IMG/VR virus record: IMGVR_UViG_3300033412_000020
Span: 1-54,981 of that record
DNA from: a virus
Lineage: Duplodnaviria; Caudoviricetes
Length of the DNA stretch: 54,981 bases
Strand: one strand, 5' to 3'
Shown: positions 27,771 to 38,258 of the stretch, piece after piece
Layout of the letters: each line of letters begins with the position of its first letter
Position numbering within the stretch: the stretch's first letter is position 1
Translations under genes and position numbers: made by a program
The notes under the pieces: generated by a model
Told to the model about the DNA's origin: nothing
Databases searched by the model: none
Seen by the model: the letters and a program-made list of their open reading frames with translations, nothing else

Positions 27771-28691
27771 ATGGCTTCCTACTGCTTCAAGCCCTTCAAG
27801 GTGCCGCGCGTGCGGGCCACCTTGCTGGACGCTTGTGGCACTCCGGTGACCGGTGACGGCTCGTCCGAGGTCACCACCGACGGCATTATCACCATCGAGC
27901 AGACCGCACAGCTCCAGGACATCGACGACTTCTACGAGAAGAATGCCGACGGCGCCTTCTGCATCGAGGAAGTCAACCCCGAGATCCTGAAGTGGTACTC
28001 CTACACGTTGACCTTCTGCAACGTCGACCCGGACCTGGTCTACCTGCTCACCCGGCAGGGACTGATTCTGGACGACGCGCCGACCCCGACAGCGGTGGGT
28101 AACCGGTCCGCCGAGGGCGACATCGCGCTGGTCAACTTCGCGTTCGAGTTCTGGACCCGGCTGGCCAACCAGGCTGACTGCGGTACGGGCGTGAAGTTTG
28201 GCTACGGCCTGGTGCCCTGGATGGTGCAGGGCAAGATGGGCGACGTCACGTACCAGAACGGCACCGCGAACTTCGTGGTGACCGCCCGTTCTCACCGTGA
28301 CGCGCTTTGGGGTGTCGGTCCGTACAATGTGTACAAGTCCAAGGCTCTGGCCACATTGGACCAGCCGATGCCACTACTGAGCGGCATGTCCGTACAGCCG
28401 GCAGACCACCGACTGTTCTTCGTCACTGGTCTACAGCCTCCGGTATCCGGCTGTGGTGCTCAGGCAGTTCCGCTGACGCTGGCTGCACCGGTCATCGCCG
28501 GCCAGCTGGTCACGGTCACCCTGCCGACCGGCGTTGCTCCAGCCTTCATTAACTGGGGTGACGGCAACGTCACGTCCAACGCTGCGGGACCGACCTCCCA
28601 ACACACATACAGCGGTACGGGCACCTACACGATCAAGGTGTGGCCCCAGGGCGTCTCGTCCCAGCCATACCAGCGCACCATCACTACCTGA
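27771..28691 (+). CDS. major tail protein with C-terminal PKD-like domain
   Basis: R.T.LD.CG.P, KNADG..C, FCNVDPD motifs, then INWGDG...HTY...GTYTI. Confidence 0.8.
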   Translation: MASYCFKPFKVPRVRATLLDACGTPVTGDGSSEVTTDGIITIEQTAQLQDIDDFYEKNADGAFCIEEVNPEILKWYSYTLTFCNVDPDLVYLLTRQGLILDDAPTPTAVGNRSAEGDIALVNFAFEFWTRLANQADCGTGVKFGYGLVPWMVQGKMGDVTYQNGTANFVVTARSHRDALWGVGPYNVYKSKALATLDQPMPLLSGMSVQPADHRLFFVTGLQPPVSGCGAQAVPLTLAAPVIAGQLVTVTLPTGVAPAFINWGDGNVTSNAAGPTSQHTYSGTGTYTIKVWPQGVSSQPYQRTITT

Positions 28692-28734
28692 GCAATAGCT
28701 GACTCAGCAACTACTGCACCAGCAAGGAGGGGTC

Positions 28735-29745
28735 ATGGCAGCCATTGGCTACACCGGCGGTGACCCCTCCAAGCTGGATGCTGGCGGGTACATCAAAGGT
28801 GACGTCGTCGCGGCCAATGCCAGCGGCGTGCTCACCCCCGTGCCGGTCGGCCCTGACACGGACGTGCTGACTGCTGACTCAGTAGCGGCGGAAGGCGTGG
28901 ACTGGCAAGCAGGTGGTGGAGGCGGTGGCGGTACGCCGTCGAACACCGTGGTCACCGAGACCACGTTCGGGCAGGCCTCCACTGCCGGCGTAGCAACTGC
29001 CTATTCACGCGGTGACCACACGCACGGAACGCCGGCCACGCCGTCGATGCCTGTTCCTGCAACTACTGTCACGAGCGAGACCACGTTCGGCATCGCGCCG
29101 GCCGTCGGAGTTGCAGCTCCATATGCTCGCGAAGACCACACACATGGCTCGCCAACGGCGCCGACCGCCGCCAGTGTGGGAGCCGATCCGGCTGGCACGG
29201 GAGCTGCGCAGGCAGCTGCTGTTGCTGCAACTATTGCTGACGCAAAGGCTGCCCGTTTCGGTCTGCAGCTGCTGACTATTGAATCCGGCGCGGTCACGAC
29301 AGACTTCAGCGTGAATGCCGGCGTCGCCGTTTTCGTGCTTGTCTTCTGTACTCGTTCAGTCACACTCACCACCTTGGGTGCATGGGTTACCGCACCGGGT
29401 GTCACCGGCTCTGGCGACAACAACATGGCCATTTACTCCGAGGCGGGTGTGCGGCTCGGCATTACTGGTGACATGACAGCCGCACTGTCGGCGGGTGACT
29501 GGGCCGAGGGAACGCTAACGTCCGGAGTTCCGATTGTTGTTGGAACAAGGTACTACCTACATCTGCTGACACATTTCTCTGGCACTGCGCCAAAGATCGC
29601 TGCTGGTGCAACTAGTTTCAATCACATCGCCATCAACGCACACCTGCCAACTATCTTCCTGACTGGCCAAGCTTCCAGTCCAGCGTCATTCAGTCCTGCT
29701 GGCGCGAGCGTCAATACGGCTGAATACTTCCTGGGGGCCCGATGA
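28735..29745 (+). CDS. fibre-like structural protein
   Basis: KGD....G.D..VLTADS....GV.W fibre motif and two TTFG...R.DHTHG repeats. Confidence 0.65.
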   Translation: MAAIGYTGGDPSKLDAGGYIKGDVVAANASGVLTPVPVGPDTDVLTADSVAAEGVDWQAGGGGGGGTPSNTVVTETTFGQASTAGVATAYSRGDHTHGTPATPSMPVPATTVTSETTFGIAPAVGVAAPYAREDHTHGSPTAPTAASVGADPAGTGAAQAAAVAATIADAKAARFGLQLLTIESGAVTTDFSVNAGVAVFVLVFCTRSVTLTTLGAWVTAPGVTGSGDNNMAIYSEAGVRLGITGDMTAALSAGDWAEGTLTSGVPIVVGTRYYLHLLTHFSGTAPKIAAGATSFNHIAINAHLPTIFLTGQASSPASFSPAGASVNTAEYFLGAR

Positions 29746-30845
29746 CCACTTTCATCACCACCGTAGGCGGCACGCTCGTTAGCGAGTGGTTTCAGTTCGC
29801 GGGTGGTCCGGCACAGAACCTGGACGCCAACCCGACCATCACCATCACCAGCCTTGGTACCGGAACGGTGGTGCTGGGACCGACGGCGGTCGGCGTCGGG
29901 CATCCAGCCGTAGGTGTATATACCTACACGTGGACAGCCGGTGTCACCCCCGACAACTACATCGTGGTCTGGAATGGACTGTCCGCCACCGACCCGGTGC
30001 AAGCGTCAGAGATCGTCAATGTGCTGGCGGCAGCCAGCGGCGGCGTCGGTCCCTGCGCGTGGGAGTTGGGCTCCGGGTGCTCGCCGGACTGGGACACCTA
30101 CAGCACTCAGCTGAAGGCTGACGCCACTGCGTACGCGACCCTCGTGCTCTGGTCCGCCACCGGACGCCAGTTCGGGCTGTGCCCGATGACCGTGTACCCC
30201 TGTGGGCGCGACTACTCCGGCTACGGCTGGGGCGACGGCGCGTGGGGCTGGTCCTGGTACGAAGGCACCTTCGTGCCCTACATCTGGGGTGGTCAATGGT
30301 TCAACGCCTACTGCGGTTGCGGGCTGCCAAGCTGCTTCGCCTGCAAGCCTCGGTGCGCCGCGTACCTGCCGGGACCGGTCGCCTCCATCGTCCAGGTGAC
30401 GCTTAACGGAACGGTCATCGACCCATCGACATACCGGGTCTGGGACCAGCAATGGCTCACTCGTAAGAGCGATACCACCACGCCGGCCGCCGACGTCTGC
30501 TGGCCCCGCTGTCAGAGCTTCAACGCCATCACTCCCGCCTTCGAGGTCATCTACCTACGCGGTACGCCCGTGCCGGTCGCACTGATGAGCGCAGCCAAGA
30601 CGCTCGCGGGTGAGTACGCGAAGGCCTGCCTCGGCCAGGACTGCCAGCTGCCCAGCCGGGTCGTCAACATCGCCCGCCAAGGCGTCACCGTGTCCCTGCA
30701 GGACATCGACACTCTGCTACGCGATGGCTTCACCGGAGTCGTGACCGTGGACCAGGTGATCCGCCAGCTCAACCCACACAGCCTGAAATCCCGGACGCGG
30801 CTGTACTCTCCGGACGTGCAGATCGCCCGGGTGATCACCTCGTGA
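29742..30845 (+). CDS. head-to-tail adaptor with N-terminal beta-rich extension
   Basis: LWSATGRQFG.C...PC, C.LP.RV..I.RQGVT motifs. Confidence 0.75.
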   Translation: MTTFITTVGGTLVSEWFQFAGGPAQNLDANPTITITSLGTGTVVLGPTAVGVGHPAVGVYTYTWTAGVTPDNYIVVWNGLSATDPVQASEIVNVLAAASGGVGPCAWELGSGCSPDWDTYSTQLKADATAYATLVLWSATGRQFGLCPMTVYPCGRDYSGYGWGDGAWGWSWYEGTFVPYIWGGQWFNAYCGCGLPSCFACKPRCAAYLPGPVASIVQVTLNGTVIDPSTYRVWDQQWLTRKSDTTTPAADVCWPRCQSFNAITPAFEVIYLRGTPVPVALMSAAKTLAGEYAKACLGQDCQLPSRVVNIARQGVTVSLQDIDTLLRDGFTGVVTVDQVIRQLNPHSLKSRTRLYSPDVQIARVITS

Positions 30846-31390
30846 CCAATCCAGCTGACCTCGATCTCCTGCTGCTGCCCATCGCGCTGGAGCTGCTGGA
30901 GTGCTACCGCACCGCGCTGAACCTGCAGACGAACCCGCCCACCACCATCTGCCTGCGCGCAGGTGATTCGGTCGCGGCGGACATCGGTCAGAACTTCGAC
31001 GAGTGCTGTGAAGGTCTGGCCTGGGTACGGCCAGCCGGCTTCTACATGTCCGGCACCCAGACCTCGCCGTTCCCCAGTCCCAGCACGGACGAGGCACTGT
31101 TCGCCTGCGGAGTGCCAGCTTGGGGCTTCTCGATGGAGATGGGTGCACTTCGGTGCATACCCACCAATCATCGACTGACCTGTACGGAATGGACAAACGC
31201 GACCGCTACCCAGCTCGCGGACGCCAAGGCCATGCGTAAAGCCATCTGCTGCCTGGAGGAAGCGCACGACCCGGGCGACGTGGCGCTGGGGACCTGGCAG
31301 CCACTAGGGCCAGCAGGAGGATGTCTCGGCTCAACCTGGACCGTATCGTTCCTCGTGTCGAACGTATGCGAGGTGAACTGTGGACCCTGA
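30842..31390 (+). CDS. tail terminator-like protein
   Basis: Position, Cys-rich, P.GP.GGC.G motif. Confidence 0.6.
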   Translation: MTNPADLDLLLLPIALELLECYRTALNLQTNPPTTICLRAGDSVAADIGQNFDECCEGLAWVRPAGFYMSGTQTSPFPSPSTDEALFACGVPAWGFSMEMGALRCIPTNHRLTCTEWTNATATQLADAKAMRKAICCLEEAHDPGDVALGTWQPLGPAGGCLGSTWTVSFLVSNVCEVNCGP

Positions 31391-31539
31391 GCTGCCGGAA
31401 GAGCAGGTCTACATGGAGGTCATGATCGCCTTCAGTGGTCTCCAGGTGGGCGATCGCGGCCTCGTGCCACGATCCTGGTTTCAGACGCACCGCCAGTACC
31501 TAAGACCGATCTTGGTACGACGTTGGATCGAGGAACCTG

Positions 31540-32004
31540 ATGGCGCGAGTGGAGATCTACCAGCCAACGACGGATGACTTCGCCATCCGCGCCGCGTCCA
31601 GCCGAGTGAAGAAGCTCGTCGAGGTGGTCACGCTGGAGGCTCGCCGCATGGCCGCCCGTCACACGGGCAACTCGTACCCGCCAGCAACCGGATACTTCGC
31701 CACCACCATCAAGGGCTCAGTGAACCGAACTGGACGCTGGACCGTGGTCGGCCAGGTCGGCTCGGAGAACTCGAAGGCCCTGCTGATTCACAACGGCGCC
31801 AGACCGCACACCATTCGCCCGGTGAACGCTGGCGGCCTTCTGTTCTGGTACAAGGAGAAGGGCCGGCTCATCTGCATCAAGCGACCAGTCCATCACCCCG
31901 GCGCGCAGGGAAAGTTCTACCTGACCGTGCCGCTACGAATCCAGGGCACCGCTCAAGGCTTCCGGGTGATCGAGTCGATCTACACGGAACGCCTGTTCCG
32001 CTAG
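31540..32004 (+). CDS. neck / tail completion protein (HK97 gp10-like)
   Basis: H.GARPH.IRP......L.F.......V.HPG motif. Confidence 0.65.
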   Translation: MARVEIYQPTTDDFAIRAASSRVKKLVEVVTLEARRMAARHTGNSYPPATGYFATTIKGSVNRTGRWTVVGQVGSENSKALLIHNGARPHTIRPVNAGGLLFWYKEKGRLICIKRPVHHPGAQGKFYLTVPLRIQGTAQGFRVIESIYTERLFR

Positions 32005-32013
32005 TATGCGGAT

Positions 32014-32370
32014 ATGCCCCCCCGTCGCAAGGTTGAACCTGTCGAGCCGGCCACAACGGAAGACCTGCTAGTCGTTTCGTTGGGTGGCCGGGACTACAAG
32101 ATGCGCCCCATGAACGCCAGTCAATGGGCTGTGCTGACCAAGGTCACCATGGAAGCGGAGCGCGCCAACACAGGCGCGGCCAACACCCGCGCGGTCTCCG
32201 TGTTCTTCGGCGTGATCGAACGACTACTGGTTGACCCGGCCGACCTGATCCGCCTGGAGGACGCTCTCGTGGACGGCAGCGTCACCGTGGAAGACCTCTC
32301 CAAGGCCATCGAAGGCGAACGGAATGGCACGACAAAGCCAGCCGTCACCCGCACCCGTCGAGGGCAGTAG
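32014..32370 (+). CDS. tail assembly chaperone (putative)
   Basis: Size and position upstream of the tape measure gene. Confidence 0.55.
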   Translation: MPPRRKVEPVEPATTEDLLVVSLGGRDYKMRPMNASQWAVLTKVTMEAERANTGAANTRAVSVFFGVIERLLVDPADLIRLEDALVDGSVTVEDLSKAIEGERNGTTKPAVTRTRRGQ

Positions 32371-32941
32371 CCAGCGAGTCGTCCTCCCCAAGGTCCCCTG
32401 CGAGCCGCTGGCTTCGCTGCCTCCAACGTCGATCCTGGTGGACTGCGCTGACCGCACGTGGACCATCCCGGCCAAGATGGCGGACGAGTGGCTTCGTGTC
32501 GTCTGGACCGAACCTCTCGACCCGTACTTGATCTTCCCGGGGTTCGTGATCGAGGACGGCGCGGACGAACACCTCACCAGCGCGGCGCTCGACGGCGTCA
32601 TCGAGGCGGACGACCTGGTCATGATCGCCATGGAGGCGCTGGAGATCGCCAGCGGGTACCGCTGGTGGTTCACGCTGCGCCTGATCGCCGGCCTGGGGGC
32701 TGCCTGGTCCCGGCTGGGCGGCATGCTGCTGAACTCCGGAGTGGACGCCAGGACGCTCAGCCTGGGTGCCTGGTGCTCGGCGGCGCTGGAGATGTGGGTC
32801 GCCAACATCGAGCCGAACAAGGCCGCCGACCTCCTGAACACCCTCCTCGAACCGCCCGAAGGGATGGAGGGCGAAGACGACCAGTTCGACGAGTTCAACG
32901 ACGAGGAGGAGTTCCTGGCGGCGATGACTACCGCTTTCTGA
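32324..32941 (+). CDS. second tail assembly chaperone-like protein
   Basis: Overlapping ORF directly before the tape measure gene. Start uncertain. Confidence 0.55.
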   Translation: MARQSQPSPAPVEGSSQRVVLPKVPCEPLASLPPTSILVDCADRTWTIPAKMADEWLRVVWTEPLDPYLIFPGFVIEDGADEHLTSAALDGVIEADDLVMIAMEALEIASGYRWWFTLRLIAGLGAAWSRLGGMLLNSGVDARTLSLGAWCSAALEMWVANIEPNKAADLLNTLLEPPEGMEGEDDQFDEFNDEEEFLAAMTTAF

Positions 32942-32973
32942 TCTTTCCTGGCTAGACCACCTACGATGAGCAC

Positions 32974-34773
32974 ATGGCGGTAAATGTCCTAGGGCGCGCG
33001 TACATCGAGGTGCACGCGGACACAAAGCCGTTTGGACGTGAACTCAAGGCCGAGGTGACCGCCATCTCGACTGCGGTCGAGAAGACAGCCCGTACGTCTG
33101 GTCGAGATGTGGGCAAAGCCCTCGGCCAGGGCATCGAGCGGGAAACCACCACAAACTCCCCCGGTCTCGTGCGTCGCATCTTCTCCGTCTTCGGTCGCGA
33201 GGCGGACAAGATTGGCCGAGGAACCAACCCGATCTCACGATTCCTGTTTGGATCGTTGCGCCGGGACGCGGAGAAGGCTGGCGTAGACGCGGCGGCCGGG
33301 TTCGCCAGCAGCTTCACTAAGAACGTTGGCGACACCATCAGCGCTGCTGCCCAGGGCGTGGGGAAGCTGGTTTCCTCGATCGGTTCCAGCGTGGGCAACG
33401 TCGGAGGTTCCAGCCCGCTGAGCGGAATCGCTGGAGTCGGCGTGATTCTGGGCATCCCGGCCCTCATCGGCGCGGTCATCTCGCTGCTGAACGTGCTGGG
33501 CCCACTGATCAACGGCATTGGTCTGCTGCCTGGTGCCTTCGCGCTGGCCGGCGCCGCGATCGTGCCGGTAGTCGTTGCGTTCCAAGGCTTCGGGGCAGCC
33601 ATCCAGGCCATCATCTCCGGCGATCCAAAGAAGATCGCTGAAGCGATGAAGGGCCTGGCACCAGCAGCTCAGTCAGTGGCCAAAGACTTCCAGACCATGC
33701 TGCCGTTCCTGCGGGAACTGAAGAAAAGCACCCAGCAGTCTTTCTTTGCTCGCCTGGTAGGGGACCTGCCCAAGGTCCAGGCCGCCCTGGGACCCATCTT
33801 CACCAAGGGATTCAGCCAGGTCGCGGACGCGGCCGGCGCGTTCGCCCACAACCTGCTCCAGCTGGCCTACGACCCGGTGGTGCAGAAGTTCTTCGCGGAC
33901 GTCTTCTTGTTCGCCAAGACAGCTTTCGACACGCTGAGCGACCCGGTCCGGCACCTGGTTGGCGCGCTGGCCGAGATCGCAGACGCCTCCTTCCCGCACA
34001 TCCAGATCCTCATTGGAATGTTCGGTGACCTGCTGGACACGTTCGCCAAGTTCCTGGACGAGAGTGTCCGCAATGGAGACTTCGACGAGTTCCTGAACAA
34101 CTTCATGGATGCACTCGGGGCAGCCAAGGAGCTGGGCACCGTCTCCATTGGACTGTTCAAGGCACTGCTCGGTGGTCCTGACGAGGAGGCTAAGTCCAGA
34201 GCGTTCTTCGCACTGCTCATCGATGTCATCGGGAGACTGGAGACGTTCTTCAAGTCCGACCAGGGCAAGCTCGCCATCCAGGGCATGATCGACCTCGGCC
34301 GCATCTTCCTGGTCGTCCTGGGCGGCTTCGTGCTCCTCATCGGCGAGGCGCTGGCCGAGGCCGAGGAACTGATGCGCGTGATCAAGTGGGTGCTTGTCCA
34401 CACTGGAATCATGGGTGTCGGCACGGACGCGGCGCAGGCAGCGGCCAATGCGGCTAAAGGCACTACCGTCAGTCAGAGCTTTGGTGCGGCTCCCGGCCAC
34501 GCCGCTGGTGGCATCTTCGACATGGAGCACCTAGCCCGTATCGCGGAAGGCGGCCGGCGCGAAGTAGTCATCCCGCTCACCGATCGTAGGCGAGCCATGG
34601 AGCTGGCCGACCGGTCTGGCCTCACTCAGATGATGAACAACCCGCCCACCGTGAATGTCTACATTGGAGACGAGCAGATCCAGGCTCGCGTGGACAAGCG
34701 GGTGCAGCTCGGCATCAAGGGACTAACCAGCTCGATGACATACGGGCCCCGGCCCATCGGCGTGGGAGGCTGA
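32974..34773 (+). CDS. tape measure protein
   Basis: LGRAYIEV.ADT..F N-terminus, Ala/Gly amphipathic core, A.GG......IAEGG..EVVIPL C-terminus. Confidence 0.9.
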   Translation: MAVNVLGRAYIEVHADTKPFGRELKAEVTAISTAVEKTARTSGRDVGKALGQGIERETTTNSPGLVRRIFSVFGREADKIGRGTNPISRFLFGSLRRDAEKAGVDAAAGFASSFTKNVGDTISAAAQGVGKLVSSIGSSVGNVGGSSPLSGIAGVGVILGIPALIGAVISLLNVLGPLINGIGLLPGAFALAGAAIVPVVVAFQGFGAAIQAIISGDPKKIAEAMKGLAPAAQSVAKDFQTMLPFLRELKKSTQQSFFARLVGDLPKVQAALGPIFTKGFSQVADAAGAFAHNLLQLAYDPVVQKFFADVFLFAKTAFDTLSDPVRHLVGALAEIADASFPHIQILIGMFGDLLDTFAKFLDESVRNGDFDEFLNNFMDALGAAKELGTVSIGLFKALLGGPDEEAKSRAFFALLIDVIGRLETFFKSDQGKLAIQGMIDLGRIFLVVLGGFVLLIGEALAEAEELMRVIKWVLVHTGIMGVGTDAAQAAANAAKGTTVSQSFGAAPGHAAGGIFDMEHLARIAEGGRREVVIPLTDRRRAMELADRSGLTQMMNNPPTVNVYIGDEQIQARVDKRVQLGIKGLTSSMTYGPRPIGVGG

Positions 34774-34774
34774 C

Positions 34775-35728
34775 GTGCCCGCTATCACCGCCACGGTGCT
34801 GGATACCCTGGGCTTCTCGATCCTGAGCATCGACTGGACCGACGTGCCCAGCGAGACGTTCGCCAACGTGGTACGCACCGTCAATGGCATCGACACCATC
34901 GTGCGTATGCACACCTTCGTCGATCCCACGGGCGCCTACATCGAGCTGTCCGGTGGCCTGGCGACCATCTACGACACCGAGGCTCCGTTCAACACCCCGA
35001 TCACGTACACCACCACCGGTCTCACATCATTGCTGACCGCGAGTATCACGGTGACAATAACCAACGCCTTCCCCTGGCTGAAGTCTCCGCTGCACCCATG
35101 GGCCGACAAGCAGCTGGTGTACGTGCCCATCAGCTACTCAGGGCCAGGGTGTCTGCCCGGAGACTCCATTGTGTTCGCTCAGATGGGCGCGGAAGCTCGA
35201 CCCAACCGGACGACAGCCTTCTACCCCAACAACGCTGAGTTTCCCATTCCGGCCAACCGGACCAGGGGCTCGATCCAGTCCTCGCTACGTCTGGTGACGC
35301 GCACCTTCACCGCTCGCGACTCGATCATCACCTTGAACGCCTCCGGCGATCCGCTGCTCTTCCAGATCCCAGCCGCCTACGGCATCCCCGATCGCTACAT
35401 GACCGTGGGTGACTACACAGTGGACCGATTCAGCGCGGACCACAAGGTGGAGTGGCGGGCCAACACCCTCCCGCATGTCGCGGTCGAGTCCCCGCCAGGA
35501 CTGGCCGAAGGCGTGCTCGGTGTGCGTTGGATCGACCTCTGCAACCGGTACGTCACGTTCGACGACGCGAACGCGGCCGGCTTGACCTGGAGCCAAGTTC
35601 TCCTGGGTGAGGGTGTCTCGCCTCCGCTGCACTCCTTCTGCTCGTACAGTGACCTCGCTGCCGCGTACGCCACGTACAACGCGATGACAGCGGCCAATGT
35701 GGACTACAACGCATTGGAGGACTGCTGA
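34775..35728 (+). CDS. minor tail protein (distal tail position)
   Basis: First gene after the tape measure, with D.EAPF.....Y and WLK.P..P motifs. Confidence 0.7.
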   Translation: MPAITATVLDTLGFSILSIDWTDVPSETFANVVRTVNGIDTIVRMHTFVDPTGAYIELSGGLATIYDTEAPFNTPITYTTTGLTSLLTASITVTITNAFPWLKSPLHPWADKQLVYVPISYSGPGCLPGDSIVFAQMGAEARPNRTTAFYPNNAEFPIPANRTRGSIQSSLRLVTRTFTARDSIITLNASGDPLLFQIPAAYGIPDRYMTVGDYTVDRFSADHKVEWRANTLPHVAVESPPGLAEGVLGVRWIDLCNRYVTFDDANAAGLTWSQVLLGEGVSPPLHSFCSYSDLAAAYATYNAMTAANVDYNALEDC

Positions 35729-36855
35729 TGCTCGCAGGCGGCACCGATCCCGCCTACCGCAGTCTCCTGGTAGGCCCACACACTCCCACGTCTCGCATTG
35801 AGATCTGGCGTTCCGGCGTACGGGTGGACACGTTCGGCTCACCTGGGCTGCCGAACTGGGACGGCACACTGTCGTCCACGTTGACCTCCCAAGTGTCGCG
35901 CCAGTTCGCCTTCTCGGTGCAGGAAGATCTCTACCCCGGCGAGGACGACGGGGCGCTTCTGGCGCCCTGGGGCAACGAGGTTCGCGCCTTCATGGGTATC
36001 AAGCCTGGCTCTGGCATCCCCTACGAGTTCCAGGTTTTCCGGGGACGCATCAACACGGTCAGCCTGGAAGCTGAGGGCAACGTGTCAGTGTCCTGTGTGG
36101 ACCGTGGTGGAGATGTCAACGACTCAGGCTTCCTGGGGCCGGCCATGTCTCAGGCGGGCAACGTGGTGACCGATGAGTTCCGGCGCGTGGTGAACGATGG
36201 CGTCGTCGATGCCACGTTCGGCGTCTTCGACGTCAACGCTCAGATCACCCCTGCGATCACCTGGGAATGGGACCGAGGGGGCGCCTGTGACGACCTGGCT
36301 ACAGCTGTAGCAGGCTACTGGTATGCCCTGGCCAACGGCGACTACGTGCTGCGCCAGGTGCCCTGGACGAAGCGCCAGACCATCTCTGTGACATTGCGTG
36401 ACGGGCCAGGCGGAGAGCTGATCACAGCGATACCGTCGCTGTCCCGGGCGAATGTGTTCAACGCGGTGATCGTGGTAGGCGAGCAGGTCGACTCCAACAT
36501 TCCGCCCGTCTTCGCCGTGGTGCAGGACTCAGACCCGGCCAGCCGGACCTACTGGGGCGGTCCGTTCGGTCGCAAGACGAAGACCGTCAACGCTCAGGGC
36601 GTGACCACGCAAGGGCAGGCTCTGGCGCTCGCCCGGTCCACGCTGAACCAGGCCCGCTCGCTGCAGGCCACCTGGACCACCTCGCAGACCCCGGACCCGT
36701 CCATGGAGCTGGGGGACGCCGTGTACATCATCGCCCGTAACCAGCCTCGCTCCGCCCAGGTGCTGGCTAGCTTCTCCATGCCGTTCGATGGCGGTGGCCC
36801 GATGAACTGTACTTGGCGCAACCTCACACCCGACTTGATAGAAGGAGCGCTCTAG
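35728..36855 (+). CDS. minor tail protein (baseplate hub position)
   Basis: LAPWGNEV, R..VFNAV.V.G, T.WGGPFG, PDPS.ELGD motifs. Confidence 0.75.
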   Translation: MLAGGTDPAYRSLLVGPHTPTSRIEIWRSGVRVDTFGSPGLPNWDGTLSSTLTSQVSRQFAFSVQEDLYPGEDDGALLAPWGNEVRAFMGIKPGSGIPYEFQVFRGRINTVSLEAEGNVSVSCVDRGGDVNDSGFLGPAMSQAGNVVTDEFRRVVNDGVVDATFGVFDVNAQITPAITWEWDRGGACDDLATAVAGYWYALANGDYVLRQVPWTKRQTISVTLRDGPGGELITAIPSLSRANVFNAVIVVGEQVDSNIPPVFAVVQDSDPASRTYWGGPFGRKTKTVNAQGVTTQGQALALARSTLNQARSLQATWTTSQTPDPSMELGDAVYIIARNQPRSAQVLASFSMPFDGGGPMNCTWRNLTPDLIEGAL

Positions 36856-37403
36856 TGTCTGGTACCACCCCGAACTACAGCTGGCCGTACCCGACCGGCA
36901 CTGACTCGCCACCGGACGTGGCCGGCGATATGCAGGCCCTGGCGGTCGCGGCGGACAGTACGGTCGGCACCCTCGCGTCCGGCTTCACCACCATCACGTC
37001 CGCCATCGGGCGCGGCGCCGCAATCAGTAACACAGCCGGCTCTGGCACCACCACGTCAGCGACGCCGGCCAACATCGCTGGTACGTCTTCCTTCGCGTTC
37101 ACGAAGAAGCTGGCCGCCTCGAAGCTCATCATTGCCATGGGTCTGGTGACCAGCTCCTCGGCGGTCGACACGACGCTCGGGCTAGGCGTGCTGATCGGCG
37201 GCGTAGACACGACCGTGACGCAGTTCCGGCACACCACGGCCTCGGAGTACCGCCAGGGCTTCGGGATCAACCAGATCTCGGGCCTCGCCGCTGGCGCGTA
37301 CACGGTGCAGGGTCGCTGGTTCCGGGTTGGTGGCGCCGGCACACTGAGCACCGTGATCAACGAGACGTGGCTGACGATCGGCTGTCTGGAGATCGCAGCG
37401 TGA
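36855..37403 (+). CDS. minor tail protein
   Basis: TPNY.WPYP...D.PD...DMQALA N-terminal motif. Confidence 0.7.
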   Translation: MSGTTPNYSWPYPTGTDSPPDVAGDMQALAVAADSTVGTLASGFTTITSAIGRGAAISNTAGSGTTTSATPANIAGTSSFAFTKKLAASKLIIAMGLVTSSSAVDTTLGLGVLIGGVDTTVTQFRHTTASEYRQGFGINQISGLAAGAYTVQGRWFRVGGAGTLSTVINETWLTIGCLEIAA

Positions 37404-37633
37404 CCGGTCCAGGCAGTCAGCTCAAGGGCACCTATCCCCCGGATACGAACTTCCGGGTCGGGACGGTGCGCAACAACGGCGTTATCATCAGCATCGAGGT
37501 CGCTGGCAACCTGATCGCGAACGGCTTCCTCGATCCGAGCGCGGCATCCATGACCGATGGAGCGTCGGTGCTGGTGCTGCGCTTCGGCTCTCGCTGGGTG
37601 TGCCTGGGCGCCATCGTGGATCAACCAGTTTAG
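37400..37633 (+). CDS. small tail protein
   Basis: R.GTV...G..VLVL.....W..LG pattern, GTGA overlap. Confidence 0.6.
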   Translation: MTGPGSQLKGTYPPDTNFRVGTVRNNGVIISIEVAGNLIANGFLDPSAASMTDGASVLVLRFGSRWVCLGAIVDQPV

Positions 37634-37641
37634 GAGGACAG

Positions 37642-38250
37642 ATGCCTGCGGTGACTCCCACCTGGCTGATTCCGTACCCCGTGGGGACGGACCAGTTCTG
37701 TGCCGGCGACACCTACGTCGAGGATCTGGCCGTGCGAGTCGATGAGATCCTGGACTTCTTCGACGCATTGCTACCACGCCTCGTGACTCCGCCGATGGCG
37801 AAGATCGTGGCCACCGTGCCAGGTCCAGTGTGGAGTCCGGTCACCGGGGTCCAGTCGAACCAGACCATCAACTACGACGCGGTCGACTACGACACCGACG
37901 ATATGACAAACATTACCTTCGACCCACAGAAGATCACCTATACCCGCAACGGGTATTGGATCATGGGCGGTATGGCCAACTTCAACACCACCGGCACGGT
38001 CGATTCCGTCATCACCGTGCAGTGGGTGGTCGGGAACACGCTCGCGACCGCCGGGCGAGCCATCTGCTTCCAAGCGCGACGCACCGCTACGAACCACCTC
38101 GAAGGCAGCATGCTCAAGCGGTACGCGAACTTCGGTGTACCGGGCCTGGGCGCTGAGGCGCAGACTGACTACAACATCAGCGCCAACGTGGCCACCATCC
38201 AGGTCGCCGAGGAGACGCACATGTACATCCGCTGGTTCTCGGACCTGTAA
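37642..38250 (+). CDS. minor tail protein
   Basis: AGGAGG RBS, TP...IPYP...D N-terminal motif. Confidence 0.7.
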   Translation: MPAVTPTWLIPYPVGTDQFCAGDTYVEDLAVRVDEILDFFDALLPRLVTPPMAKIVATVPGPVWSPVTGVQSNQTINYDAVDYDTDDMTNITFDPQKITYTRNGYWIMGGMANFNTTGTVDSVITVQWVVGNTLATAGRAICFQARRTATNHLEGSMLKRYANFGVPGLGAEAQTDYNISANVATIQVAEETHMYIRWFSDL

Positions 38251-38258
38251 GGAGATCG

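Noticed and set aside
31380-31577. 65-aa ORF between the tail terminator and neck genes
   Set aside because: It may be real, but it overlaps both neighbours and has no recognisable motif, so support is too thin to list.
32324-32370. Programmed -1 frameshift in the tail chaperone
   Set aside because: The second ORF is in the +1 frame and no XXXYYYZ slippery heptamer is evident.
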